Assembly: GCA_002340345.1 (NCBI GenBank)
Contig: DDLW01000274.1
Coordinates: forward strand, 1-40,288
DNA: 40,288 nt
Direction of reading: 5' to 3'
DNA from: Alphaproteobacteria bacterium UBA2562
GTDB taxonomy: Bacteria > Pseudomonadota > Alphaproteobacteria > UBA2562
Part shown: positions 1 to 10,015 of the stretch, piece by piece
How the letters are laid out: each line of letters opens with the position of its first letter
Position numbering within the stretch: position 1 is the first letter of the stretch
The notes under the pieces: model-generated
Told to the model about the DNA's origin: nothing
What the model saw: only the letters and a program-made list of their open reading frames with translations
The model's database searches: none
Position numbers and translations under genes: made by a program

Positions 1-326
1 ATTATGCAGAGGTCTTTCAAAAATTTCTTATTAAGAATAATGCACTTATTTAGAGAAGAAATCAACTCAGCGTAAAAATATCTATTTTTATGGGTATTAG
101 AGCGTTTTTACGTTTTATAGTGTAATTTCGAGAGCTTGAAAAATAGTAATAAATTTTCGAGAAATATATTTTAATTTGAAAGAGACTTTTTTTATTTTTA
201 CGATACTATTATTTATGAAATAATACACTTAAATCATGCATTTTGCTTCGCAGCATCATCTTAAAGATTCAAAAAAGCGCCTTATTTTTGCTTATGCTGG
301 CCACAAAACCAAGCCACAGAGTCAGA

Positions 327-2354
327 CTATGCCGATTCGCGAATCATGGTCATGAAATTATCCGCTTGCTCTGCCAATTGCCGGGCTGGGCCTTTTAAAG
401 CGTCAACACACCAAATCATTTCAACAGCTTGGCTACAGGATTGTAAAGATCCAGAAATGACTTCTGAAACACTATCAGAGACTTCTGCCATGTCTTGGGT
501 AACCCCTTGGACATGGCTTGAAATTTCTTGGGCCGCAGCCCCTTGTTCCTCGACAGCCCCCGCCACCGTTGTTGCAATTTCTTCGATCTCATGAATCACT
601 TTGCGCACGGTCGTCATGGCTTCGACCACAGCATTTGTTTCATCTTGGATTCTTTGGACGCGGTGATTAATGTCTTCTGTGGCATTGCCCGTTTGATTGG
701 CCAAAGCCTTCACTTCCCCTGCGACGACGGCAAAGCCTTTTCCGGCTTCCCCGGCGCGCGCGGCTTCAATGGTCGCATTCAGAGCCAAGAGGTTGGTTTG
801 ATTGGCAATATCCCGGATGAGCCCCACAACATTGCTAATTTCCTCAGCCGCACTGGTCATTTCATGGATTTCTTGGGCCGCATGATCCACATCAGAGACA
901 GCGCGGCGGGCAATATCCAAAGCCCGGCTCATGGAATGCGAAATATCCGCAATCGATGCCGATAATTCTTCGACACCATGGGAGACGGTTTCGGCTCTGC
1001 TTACCGTCGCCTCTGTACTCTCCGAAACACGCAAAGACCGGGAAGACGCGGATTCCTGATTGCTGGCCATGGTTTCTGCGGCATGCTCAATCTCATCAGC
1101 CGATTTCAAGACCAAATTGGCAACATTTTTAATGGTCACATCAAATTCTTCTGCCAAAGCATTCATCCGCTGTGCAATTTCAGCACGATTTTTAGCCTGT
1201 TGTTCTGCTTGCTCTGCTTTCAGCCGCTCACGATCCAAAGAGTGAGACTGTAAGACTTTGATGGCCCGCGCCATTTCTCCAAGCTCATCTTTCTGATCTG
1301 TGCAAGGCACAACCGTATCCGCTTGGCGATGCCCCATGTCATTCAAAGTCGCGGTCAAGTGATGCACAGGAATGCGAACGGATCGTGCAATGAGAAACCA
1401 TGCCACAATTAAGAGAATAGCCGTTCCCAGGGCTGTTATGAGCAAAATGATTTCCGCTTGCGCTTCGCCATCTTCTGCTGCTTGACTGGCCGCAACATTA
1501 AGAGTTGTTAATTTCTGCCCAAATTCTTCAAACAAGGGCACAGTGTTTTGAAAGTGGGAAATGGAATCACTTAGAATAGAGCGAAAAGCTTCTTCTTCTT
1601 GGGAAAAAGCATCAAAATTATAATAATAAGAATCAGCAAAATCTTGGTATTTTATTTTATCATCATCAAGCATAGGTGCACGTTTTACAAGGTCTACAAA
1701 TTGTGCTCTTAGTTGATCAATTTTTTCTCTATGGGTTTCTCCACTTCCCCCTAAATTAAAATCTTTTTCTTCTGAACGCATTTTATTCCAAATCAGTGCC
1801 ATTTCATTCAGAATTGTCAGCTTTGTACCAATAGAGCGGTTAATATCATTGGCTAAGAGCGCATCAATGTCTTGAATCGATTGATCTAAAATATGTCGCA
1901 TCCCCTCTTCGGAGAGAAAACCACTTTGCGCATCACCATCCGTAGACCCCAAACGAATGGCTGTGTCCGCCAATTCCTGGAAATTCTCTTTATGTTTTAA
2001 AAGCGCGCGGCGCAAATTGTCGATATCCGTTGTCGCAAGGCTCTTGGCGGCAGCTTTTTCCAGATCTGCCATGCGTTTTAAAGTGCTTTCCATGCGCTGA
2101 TCATGCTGTTGTGCTTGATCCTTCAGCCGGTTCTGCACATAGTCAAAAAAGCGCAGCTCTAAGACCATAATGTCAGCCAAAAGCAAAACTTCAGCCTCAC
2201 TGGCCTTCGCCAGCGCATCTTTCTCGAACCGTAAATCAGATGCCGTCCGACTGGTCACATAATAAGAAATACCAAGAATCAGAAAGGCAAAAATCGGAAT
2301 CACCGCTAAAGACAGAAGCCGGGTCGCAATCGGTAAATCCGTTAAGCGCATCAT
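327..2354 (-). CDS. Methyl-accepting chemotaxis protein (2 TM, large periplasmic helical sensor, HAMP, MCP signalling domain)
   Basis: N-terminal TM, ~270-aa periplasmic region, second TM, HAMP-like DELGEMARAI, canonical hairpin [40 protein letters not shown]; GAGGA upstream of the start. Confidence 0.95.
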   Translation of the reverse strand: MMRLTDLPIATRLLSLAVIPIFAFLILGISYYVTSRTASDLRFEKDALAKASEAEVLLLADIMVLELRFFDYVQNRLKDQAQQHDQRMESTLKRMADLEKAAAKSLATTDIDNLRRALLKHKENFQELADTAIRLGSTDGDAQSGFLSEEGMRHILDQSIQDIDALLANDINRSIGTKLTILNEMALIWNKMRSEEKDFNLGGSGETHREKIDQLRAQFVDLVKRAPMLDDDKIKYQDFADSYYYNFDAFSQEEEAFRSILSDSISHFQNTVPLFEEFGQKLTTLNVAASQAAEDGEAQAEIILLITALGTAILLIVAWFLIARSVRIPVHHLTATLNDMGHRQADTVVPCTDQKDELGEMARAIKVLQSHSLDRERLKAEQAEQQAKNRAEIAQRMNALAEEFDVTIKNVANLVLKSADEIEHAAETMASNQESASSRSLRVSESTEATVSRAETVSHGVEELSASIADISHSMSRALDIARRAVSDVDHAAQEIHEMTSAAEEISNVVGLIRDIANQTNLLALNATIEAARAGEAGKGFAVVAGEVKALANQTGNATEDINHRVQRIQDETNAVVEAMTTVRKVIHEIEEIATTVAGAVEEQGAAAQEISSHVQGVTQDMAEVSDSVSEVISGSLQSCSQAVEMIWCVDALKGPARQLAEQADNFMTMIRESA

Positions 2355-2376
2355 AATATCCTCATGGCCTTTTTAA

Positions 2377-2558
2377 GAGCAAAGCTGTTACAGCATTGTC
2401 CTCTAACCAAGATGAAAGCACAATGCTGTAATATCAACCAACAGAGTCTCCGACTCTTCGGTTGATATTTTGCTCAAACGCCGCACGCGCTCAACCAACC
2501 GGCGATAGGGTTCTATTTTTGTCGGTTGGTATAAGATCACCTGATCAAACGAGCGTGC
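2377..2558. promoter_or_regulatory. Cluster of inverted repeats in the MCP/cbiD intergenic region (possible structured leader or operator array)
   Basis: TTACAGCATTGT 2388-2399 / ACAATGCTGTAA 2420-2431; AATATCAACC 2430-2439 / GGTTGATATT 2460-2469 enclosing AGAGTC/GACTCT; ACCAACCGGC 2494-2503 / GTCGGTTGGT 2521-2530. Confidence 0.5.
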
Positions 2559-2844
2559 AAACCTTTATTGCAAGAGAACGCACTTCATAAAAATGATATT
2601 TTAAGGACATCTTTGAAATTTCTTCCGGAACACACCCAAATCACGCGGAAATTTCTCATGATCTCTTTTCCTGATTTTCGCTCTCCCTCTTTTGCAGTAT
2701 TTTGCTCTTCTTGAGAGTCGTAAGTCTTCGGGCCCTGCCGCAAAATGGATCAAAGGGATCAAATAATCACTGGGTTCTTTACGCCCATAACCTCCATGGC
2801 TTTGCTGCGAAAAGTCTTGTTGAAATAAAGACCTCAGAGGGCAT

Positions 2845-3975
2845 ATGTCAGAAAAACTTCGTCCGGGATGGACAACAGGCGCCTGCGCGACAGCCGCCGC
2901 AAAAGCTGCCTTTTATGCTTTGCACGGCCAAGGTTTCCCCGATCCAGTCACGATCAGATTGCCAAAAGGCCAAAGTCCGTCCTTCCCTTTGGCCTTGATG
3001 GGGCAAGGTTATGGTGAGGATCACCGCCCTTGGGCCAGAGCCGCTGTCCATAAAGATGCCGGTGATGATCCCGATGTCACCCATGGGGCTTTGATTTGGG
3101 CGGAAATTTCTCCCAATGCGAAAGGCCAAGGTCTCACCTTCATGGCCGGGGCTGGGGTTGGTACCGTCACATTACCAGGCTTGCCGCTGGCTGTTGGAGA
3201 ACCTGCCATTAATCCAGGGCCGCGTGCGCAAATCCAAGACAATCTCTTAGCCACCTGCCACGATTTGGGTCTTGTGAGCCCTCTTGATTATGCTGTCACG
3301 CTTGGCATTGAGAATGGCGAAGCCCTTGCCCAAAAAACATGGAATCCCCGTCTCGGTATTCTCGGCGGTTTATCGATCCTTGGCACAACAGGAATTGTCA
3401 CCCCCTATTCCTGCGCAGCCTGGATCCATTCAATTCATCGTGGTGTGGATGTTGCAAAAGCCACCGCCCAAGAGCATCTTATTGCTTGTACAGGGTCGAC
3501 CTCAGAAAAAGCCAGTCGCCAGCTTTACCCGACACTTTCGGAACATGCTTGGATTGATATGGGAGATTTTGTGGGCGGCTTTCTCAAATATCTGCGCCAA
3601 AAGGATAAAATACCGCCTTCTTTAAAACGCCTAACCTTTGCGGGCGGCTTTGCCAAAATCACGAAACTCGCCCAAGGTCATAAAGATCTGCATTCCTCTC
3701 GCGGTCACATCAATATGGCCGCTCTCGCCCAGCTTGCGGCAGCATGCGGGGCCGATGACACCCTGAGCGCCCAAATTACACAAGCCCTGACAGGAAAACA
3801 AGCGCTTGATATTGCCCAAGCAGCCCTTTTTCCCCTCGCAGAACAGAGTGCCGCCCAAGCTCTTCAACAGATTGAAGCGCTTTTATCCAGACAACAACAG
3901 CCCCTTATTCTCGAAGTTCTGATTGTAGACCGTCAGGGGACGATCGTTGCACGGCAAGAAAAGCCCCTCGGCTGA
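2845..3975 (+). CDS. cbiD: Cobalt-precorrin-5B C1-methyltransferase
   Basis: LRPGWTTGACATAAAKAA, KDAGDDPDVTHGA, PAINPGPR, TWNPRLGILGGLSILGTTGIV, MGDFVG, LHS motifs. Confidence 0.95.
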   Translation: MSEKLRPGWTTGACATAAAKAAFYALHGQGFPDPVTIRLPKGQSPSFPLALMGQGYGEDHRPWARAAVHKDAGDDPDVTHGALIWAEISPNAKGQGLTFMAGAGVGTVTLPGLPLAVGEPAINPGPRAQIQDNLLATCHDLGLVSPLDYAVTLGIENGEALAQKTWNPRLGILGGLSILGTTGIVTPYSCAAWIHSIHRGVDVAKATAQEHLIACTGSTSEKASRQLYPTLSEHAWIDMGDFVGGFLKYLRQKDKIPPSLKRLTFAGGFAKITKLAQGHKDLHSSRGHINMAALAQLAAACGADDTLSAQITQALTGKQALDIAQAALFPLAEQSAAQALQQIEALLSRQQQPLILEVLIVDRQGTIVARQEKPLG

Positions 3976-4018
3976 GTTTTAACCCTAAACTCTTTCCCGC
4001 ATGGGCCTTTTGAAACCA

Positions 4019-5686
4019 TCAAGCGGCAGCCACATCACTGAGGAACAAGGTCACTTCATGGCGCAAATTCTCGGATTGAGACCGCAATTCTTCGGCGGCA
4101 TTTGAGACATTTTTCGATGCCCGTTCAGTTTCTTGCGCTTTTTCTGCCACCTGTGTGATGGAACTGGTCACAGCAGTGGTACCCCGTGAAGCTTCGTCCA
4201 CATTCCGTGCGATCTCTTGGGTTGCCGCCGATTGCTGTTCGACCGCGCTGGCAAGATCTGCGGCCAGGCTATTGATCCGACCAATTGTTGTCGCAATAGA
4301 TTTAATCGCATCGACAGATTGGTGGGTCGCTTGCTGAATTCCAGAGACCTGACTGGCGATTTCATCGGTTGCTTGCGCCGTTTGATTGGCCAAAGATTTC
4401 ACTTCAGAGGCAACAACGGCAAAGCCTTTCCCCGCTTCGCCTGCCCGTGCGGCTTCAATGGTTGCATTTAAGGCCAAGAGGTTCGTTTGCGCGGCAATAT
4501 CATTGATTAAGCTCACCACTTCACCGATACGGCTGGCCGCTTCGGCGAGTCCTTCGACATTCGCTTGCGCCCCTTCGGATTCTTGCACAGCCGATTGCGA
4601 AATGCTCGACGCTTGTGCCACCTGTTCACTGATTTCTTGGATGGAGCTGGTTAATTGTTGTGTGGCCGTGGACACGGTCTCGATATTGGCGGCGGCTTGC
4701 TCGGTTACAGACGAGGCGCTTGCACTCTCTTGGCTCGTCATATCGGCATTTTGGATCATATTGGCAGAGACTTGGTGCAAATTTGTTATGGAATTTCCAA
4801 TGGATTCCAAAACATGACGAATAGTCTGATCAAATCCGCTGGTCAGTTCTTCAACACGTTTTTGCCGGTTGGCCTGTTTTGAGACTTCACCTTTTTGATT
4901 TTCTTCTAAGCGCTCTCTTTCGAGAGCATTTTCTTTGAAGATTTCAACGGCTCGTGCAATATCACCGACATCATCCCCGCGTTGGGTTTCTGGAATCTCA
5001 ATTTGCAATTCATTGCGCGACAATCGCCCCATGACTTTTGTCAAAGTGCCAAGCCCTCGCAATTGTCGAGAGGTCAGAGCATAAAGGCAAATTGTCACCA
5101 AAATACCTGTGATAATCCCAACAAGAATAACGCGCCATGCAACATCCCAGACATTATGCAAGAATGTTTCCGTTGTAATTCCTGAGACAATCGCCCCGAT
5201 CACCGCACCATTTTTATTCAGCAAAGGCTGATAATCGACATAATAGTCAACGTTCAAAACATTGGCGAGGCCGTGATAAGATTTCTTTTCTTTAAAAAGA
5301 CGATCATAGACGGGCCCCGCTGCGAGTTTTGTCCCGACGGCAGGCTTGCCATTTTTCATCACCGTCGTCGAAGCGCGCACATCACCAGCGAAGATCGTAA
5401 AGGTTGCCCCTGTAATTCTTTTGGCATCCCAAACAACATCATTATTATCGCCTTCTCCAACCACATAATCTCCGGCAACCAGCTTCCCATCCACCAGCGC
5501 AAGGTCTCCTTTTTGCTGAAGCAGATGTTTCGCAACTTCCAGATTCATAGTTTGTTGCTTCAGGGCCAGATCTTCCATCACAGCCGTGATAATCAAGACA
5601 ACAACGGCGATCATAGCTGCCGCAGCAAACAATGAGCCAAGGACATTATAGATTGTGATCTTCTGAGCAATTGAAAGACGATTCAT
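4019..5686 (-). CDS. Methyl-accepting chemotaxis protein with Cache-type periplasmic sensor
   Basis: [16 protein letters not shown]...GTKL...[14 protein letters not shown] Cache signature, HAMP, canonical MCP hairpin; start moved to MNRLS at 5686 (AGGGAAAG upstream) from the ORF-track 5764. Confidence 0.93.
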   Translation of the reverse strand: MNRLSIAQKITIYNVLGSLFAAAAMIAVVVLIITAVMEDLALKQQTMNLEVAKHLLQQKGDLALVDGKLVAGDYVVGEGDNNDVVWDAKRITGATFTIFAGDVRASTTVMKNGKPAVGTKLAAGPVYDRLFKEKKSYHGLANVLNVDYYVDYQPLLNKNGAVIGAIVSGITTETFLHNVWDVAWRVILVGIITGILVTICLYALTSRQLRGLGTLTKVMGRLSRNELQIEIPETQRGDDVGDIARAVEIFKENALERERLEENQKGEVSKQANRQKRVEELTSGFDQTIRHVLESIGNSITNLHQVSANMIQNADMTSQESASASSVTEQAAANIETVSTATQQLTSSIQEISEQVAQASSISQSAVQESEGAQANVEGLAEAASRIGEVVSLINDIAAQTNLLALNATIEAARAGEAGKGFAVVASEVKSLANQTAQATDEIASQVSGIQQATHQSVDAIKSIATTIGRINSLAADLASAVEQQSAATQEIARNVDEASRGTTAVTSSITQVAEKAQETERASKNVSNAAEELRSQSENLRHEVTLFLSDVAAA

Positions 5687-6459
5687 GGCAAAAAGACTTT
5701 CCCTATTGACCGCAACAGAAAAGCGCAACAGCGATCTAACGCCATCATATGAGCTTCGCGACAACTAACAAGATATTCATTAACAAGGCAAATTATCTAA
5801 GAGAGATGAGCTTTGTCCATAGCTATTTTGATTATTCCACGAATAAGAGAATACAAGAACAGCTCATTCCACCGGCTGCGAATCTTCCCATCGTTTTATA
5901 TTTTTTATTTAACCCTACAAAATAGACCTATTTATGCAAAGATACAGCCTAACATATTTTCAATCAATATAATATAATACCGCTGAAAGGTGAATAGAGA
6001 AAAACATGAATATTTTCACTTTGTAAAGTGTTGCCTTTGAAAATATTGAGGGAACAAGCAGCTCAAGCTTCAAAAGAAATAGAAAAGATTTTTTTTTAAT
6101 AAAATCATACAATCATGTTTCTGGATTATGCCTTTCGATCGATAAATATTACAAAAGGAAGATGCTTTAAGCTATTTTGTAATCGTGATTACAATTTCAT
6201 GCCATGTAAAGTGACTAAAGTAACATTATTCTACAGTTTCTTTTCCCCATGCGCCTTTTGGTTTGCAACAACAAAAGGACGCAGTTTTTGCCATGTACAA
6301 GCATGTCAGCCCCTTGTCTTTTGCAAAGGGTCAGTATGGTTCATATGATCCATCGATCTTGATTTTAGGCATAGGTGCCTTGGCGAAAAAGGCTATAGAC
6401 AAATCATAATATTTAACTTTTCATACGGCCATTGCCCTGCTGCTTGCGAGGATCTTTTT

Positions 6460-7602
6460 ATGCCTTTTCTCTCCCGTATGACCATGCCTCTTTTGCGCTC
6501 TTTGCCGGCGGAGAGGGCCCATTCTATCACCTTAAAAGCTTTACAAATGGGGCTTCATCACACTCTGGGTCTAAAGCCTGCTCTTGGTCAAGAGGCGATG
6601 GATCGTCTTGCCTGTCAAGTTTGGGATATAAAATTTCCAAATCCTCTTGGGCTCGCGGCTGGCTTTGATAAAAATGGTGAAGTCATTGATCCTATGCTGA
6701 GCTTAGGATTTGGCTTTGTCGAAATTGGCAGCGTCACACCAAGGCCGCAAGCCGGCAATCCAAAGCCGCGTTTGTTTCGCTTAACAAAAGATCAGGCCAT
6801 CATCAATCGCATGGGGTTTAATAATGAGGGCATTGCCGCCGTTGCAGCCCGTGTGGCTTCATGGCGCTCTTCTGTGCGCGCCCATCCCGGCGTGCTTGGT
6901 GTTAATCTCGGGAAAAACAAAGACAGCGAAGACGCTGCTGCCGATTATTCTCTTGGGGCCGCCCGTTTTGCCCGGATATCAGATTACATCGTCATCAATG
7001 TCTCTTCCCCCAACACGCCAGGCTTACGCGCGTTACAATCGAAGGATGCTCTGCGCGATATTCTCCTCCGGACAAGAGACTCTCTCCAAGGGGCCGCGGA
7101 TTCCCCCCAAGGCCTGGGGGCGGATCAAACAGACAAAGCCCCTCCCTTGCTGGTTAAGCTTGCCCCCGATCTTCAAGAACAAGATATCCAAGATCTTGCC
7201 GCGCTTGCTCTTGAGGGCGTTTGTGATGGATTGATTATTTCCAATACAACCATTACTCGCCCAGACACCCTCAAAAGCCCACAATCACGAACCAACCAAA
7301 CCGGCGGCTTATCTGGCGCGCCTCTTTACGAAGCCTCGACAGAGCTTCTCGCAAAATTCAGCGCTCTCACCCAGGCACAAATCCCTTTGATCGGCGTTGG
7401 GGGGATCAGAAGTGGGGCAGACGCATACCGAAAAATTCGCGCCGGCGCTTCTCTTGTCCAACTCTATTCTGGCTTGGTTTATGGCGGCCCAGAATCTGTT
7501 GGCAATATTTTATCTGACCTTGCTGATCTCCTGCAAAAAGATGGTTTTAAGACGGTGCAAGACGCTGTTGGAGTCGATGTACAGTATTATGCCAAGACCT
7601 AA
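6460..7602 (+). CDS. pyrD: Quinone-dependent dihydroorotate dehydrogenase (class 2)
   Basis: NPLGLAAGFDKN, GSVTPRPQAGNPKPRLFRL, INRMGFNN, NVSSPNTPGLR, SNTT, GGLSG motifs. Confidence 0.97.
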   Translation: MPFLSRMTMPLLRSLPAERAHSITLKALQMGLHHTLGLKPALGQEAMDRLACQVWDIKFPNPLGLAAGFDKNGEVIDPMLSLGFGFVEIGSVTPRPQAGNPKPRLFRLTKDQAIINRMGFNNEGIAAVAARVASWRSSVRAHPGVLGVNLGKNKDSEDAAADYSLGAARFARISDYIVINVSSPNTPGLRALQSKDALRDILLRTRDSLQGAADSPQGLGADQTDKAPPLLVKLAPDLQEQDIQDLAALALEGVCDGLIISNTTITRPDTLKSPQSRTNQTGGLSGAPLYEASTELLAKFSALTQAQIPLIGVGGIRSGADAYRKIRAGASLVQLYSGLVYGGPESVGNILSDLADLLQKDGFKTVQDAVGVDVQYYAKT

Positions 7603-7611
7603 AGCCTATCC

Positions 7612-8049
7612 CTATTTGGAAAACATATTTGGGTTATGCATCCGTTTGACATAAGGAATCATACGACGATCTGAATTGATAATATGATCGATCAGCCATT
7701 GGCGCAGGAATTTTCCGAGATCCCGAACAAAGGCAGGGCCTCCTGCCCCTTGGCGGACTTCTTTAAACCGCTGCACCATTTCATCAAATTTGCGCACCAA
7801 ATCCGCATGTTCATGTTTATGGGCATCATGGAAAGGATAGAGAGCACGGACTTGTAATTCTTCTTCGCGGGCAAAATGCTCTTCTGTATAGTCCCGCAGT
7901 TCTCGTAAGAGTCTGAGAATAAGATCAAAATCAACGCGCTGCTGATTCGCAGCCGCTTCATATTTATTGATAATCATGACCAAATGTTTGTGGTCGTCAT
8001 CAATGGGCCCTTTATCAATGGACAGTTCTTCACGCCATTCTATGCTCAT
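7612..8049 (-). CDS. Single-domain bacteriohemerythrin
   Basis: W...LSI....IDDDHKHL, YTEEHFAREE, HKHEH, WLIDHIINSD di-iron ligand pattern. Confidence 0.92.
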   Translation of the reverse strand: MSIEWREELSIDKGPIDDDHKHLVMIINKYEAAANQQRVDFDLILRLLRELRDYTEEHFAREEELQVRALYPFHDAHKHEHADLVRKFDEMVQRFKEVRQGAGGPAFVRDLGKFLRQWLIDHIINSDRRMIPYVKRMHNPNMFSK

Positions 8050-8081
8050 AGTACCACCCTCTATCTTTGCGACAAAACGGA

Positions 8082-8126
8082 CATGATGAAATATGTCATG
8101 ATGAAATATGTCATGATGAAATATGT
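8082..8126. repeat. Perfect tandem repeat, 3 x 15 bp (CATGATGAAATATGT)
   Basis: Units at 8082-8096, 8097-8111, 8112-8126, lying 33-77 nt upstream of the hemerythrin start. Confidence 0.95.
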
Positions 8127-8320
8127 CTTGTCGGCTTTTGCTTCTGGTGGTTTGGCTATCATGCCATCCAACCTTATTTTTTATATGGGATAAGAAGAAT
8201 GACCTTTCCAGAATGAAGGGTCAAGATCAGCCGGTACTTTTTAACTCAGAACATAACCGATTTGCAGGAAGTGCATGGATTTTCAGGCAGAATTCATCTT
8301 ATAAGAGAATATAAAAATCT

Positions 8321-9028
8321 TTATATGTCATTTTTCATGCTATAAGCAACATCAAGCAGACGCATAAATGTTTTTTGATCTAAAACGCCATCGCAATGAC
8401 GAGGGTGGAAATGACGCTGAAAAGCGATAAGAGTTTTTTTGAAATCATAGGCATTTGCTTGACATTGTTGTGTAACATCATATCCGATTTGTTTCAAAAG
8501 GGCTTTGGCTGAAAGAATTTTTGCGCCTCCTTGCCAAATCCGTGTTTTGGGGTAAAGGCCGATTCCCTGCTTGGCAAGCCCCTGCCAATCGAACAATTCC
8601 CCAGGGTCTTGCTTCCGCAAAGGCGCCGCATCGGAATGGCCAATGACATTTCGCGCTGGAATCGGGTGGCGGCGCAAAATATCTTGGCATAGGGGCAAAA
8701 GAGCTGCCATTTGCGCTTTTGGAAAAGGCCGATAGCCATGCTCATGCCCAGGATTGACCAATTCGATCCCAATGGACGCACTGTTGACATCGCCCATGCC
8801 GCGCCAAGACCCCGCCCCCGCATGCCAAGCACGCCGATCTTCTGGCACTAAAGAGTGGATTTGCCCTGTCTCGTCGATGAGATAATGCGCTGAAACCTGG
8901 GCCTCTGGATCGCATAGACGCGCCAATGCCGCAGCAGTGGACAGCATGCCCGTATAATGGAGCATGAGAATAGAAATCTCAGCCCCGAAGGCCCTTTGAT
9001 TATGATTAGGAGACGGCGAAAGGATCAT
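8321..9028 (-). CDS. N-acetylmuramoyl-L-alanine amidase (Amidase_2, AmpD/AmiD-like) with C-terminal peptidoglycan-binding region
   Basis: LHYTGM, VSAHYLI, RAWHAG, NSASIGIE, GHSDAAPLRKQDPG, AFQRHF...DGVLD. Confidence 0.93.
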   Translation of the reverse strand: MILSPSPNHNQRAFGAEISILMLHYTGMLSTAAALARLCDPEAQVSAHYLIDETGQIHSLVPEDRRAWHAGAGSWRGMGDVNSASIGIELVNPGHEHGYRPFPKAQMAALLPLCQDILRRHPIPARNVIGHSDAAPLRKQDPGELFDWQGLAKQGIGLYPKTRIWQGGAKILSAKALLKQIGYDVTQQCQANAYDFKKTLIAFQRHFHPRHCDGVLDQKTFMRLLDVAYSMKNDI

Positions 9029-9036
9029 GGTTTCTT

Positions 9037-9639
9037 TTATGCAGAGGAGGCTTCATCAACTTGCTTTGGAGTCTGGTCTGGCGCTTGATAAAAAAGGCCA
9101 TATTGGTCTTTCACAACCGGACCATCCAGCTTCAAAGCATGGCATTGATTAAGATGTGCTGGCAAACGCGGGGGTCCTGTTTCCACAATCCCTCTTGCTG
9201 CTTTTTCTTTACGGCGTAAAGGCCCAATGGTTTGTATGGCAACGGTCGCCATGCGTCCGACCAATTCTGTGTGATGGGTGCATCCCTTATTGCCCCCCAC
9301 ACGTTCCGCCACTTTACGCGTAAACCCCGCACCAATCCGTAAGCCCGCAAGCTGTTGGTAGTCAGCGACAATATCACCGCAAGGCGCATAAGGCGTCGCA
9401 GCACTCCAAGCTTCGACCTCTATAATAAGGAAATCAATATCAACGGTCATGCGTATATGCATGTCATGGATATTCTCCCCCGCTTCAATGCGTGTGCGGA
9501 AGCTATTATCAAATCCATAACTTTTTTGGTCGGTCAAACGCCCTTCAATGTCCCAAAGCCCATCTTTGCGTTTAAATCCCTGGCACTCAATCTTGCGTTG
9601 ATGAAGGAATTCCCGTTCTACTGGAGGGCTCAAAGCCAT
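9037..9639 (-). CDS. DUF2889 family protein
   Basis: RE.LH.R.I.C.GF.R.DGLWDIEG.L.D.K, HDM, PY.PC, GCTH, NQCHAL pattern; start MALS at 9639 follows GGAGG. Confidence 0.75.
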   Translation of the reverse strand: MALSPPVEREFLHQRKIECQGFKRKDGLWDIEGRLTDQKSYGFDNSFRTRIEAGENIHDMHIRMTVDIDFLIIEVEAWSAATPYAPCGDIVADYQQLAGLRIGAGFTRKVAERVGGNKGCTHHTELVGRMATVAIQTIGPLRRKEKAARGIVETGPPRLPAHLNQCHALKLDGPVVKDQYGLFYQAPDQTPKQVDEASSA

Positions 9640-10015
9640 ATAAGGCCTCCCACTGTCCATAGGCTACAAAAAACGCATCTTTACCTCATGAAATAGCTTT
9701 TGGAAAGGTCTTGTCAATTTTTACGAAACCAAGGCTTAAGAGGTCCTGGGCTAAAATCACGCCAATGAGTAAAGCCCGTAAGGGAACAACGCCAAAGGGT
9801 TAAGAAAAAAATTTCTGATGGTTGGAGTCTTAAGTCTCAAAAGGAGCCTTATCCTTCATCACAGGAAAGACCAGGCGTTTGAACGCAAAATCTCAAGCCT
9901 CAAGAGTTTGTCTCTCCTGGAAGAGCCTTTGCGTTCCCTTGCTATGAAAACGGGCGTGACAACGGGACCACAGGACATGCAATCGATACAAGCCTGGAAA
10001 AAACCCTTGAGCGCC

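Noticed and set aside
1-326. Very AT-rich left edge with a short open frame ending at 75
   Set aside because: Too short to assign; may be a gene end cut by the window or plain intergenic DNA
2560-2844. Cobalamin riboswitch upstream of cbiD (also looked upstream of cobD)
   Set aside because: No B12-box or other conserved riboswitch core recognised by eye
6115-6348. 77-aa Cys/Phe-rich ORF upstream of pyrD
   Set aside because: No RBS or family motif; composition fits AT-rich promoter DNA
8082-8126. CRISPR array interpretation of this or any other repeat
   Set aside because: Units are contiguous or dispersed with no unique spacers, and there are no cas genes in the window
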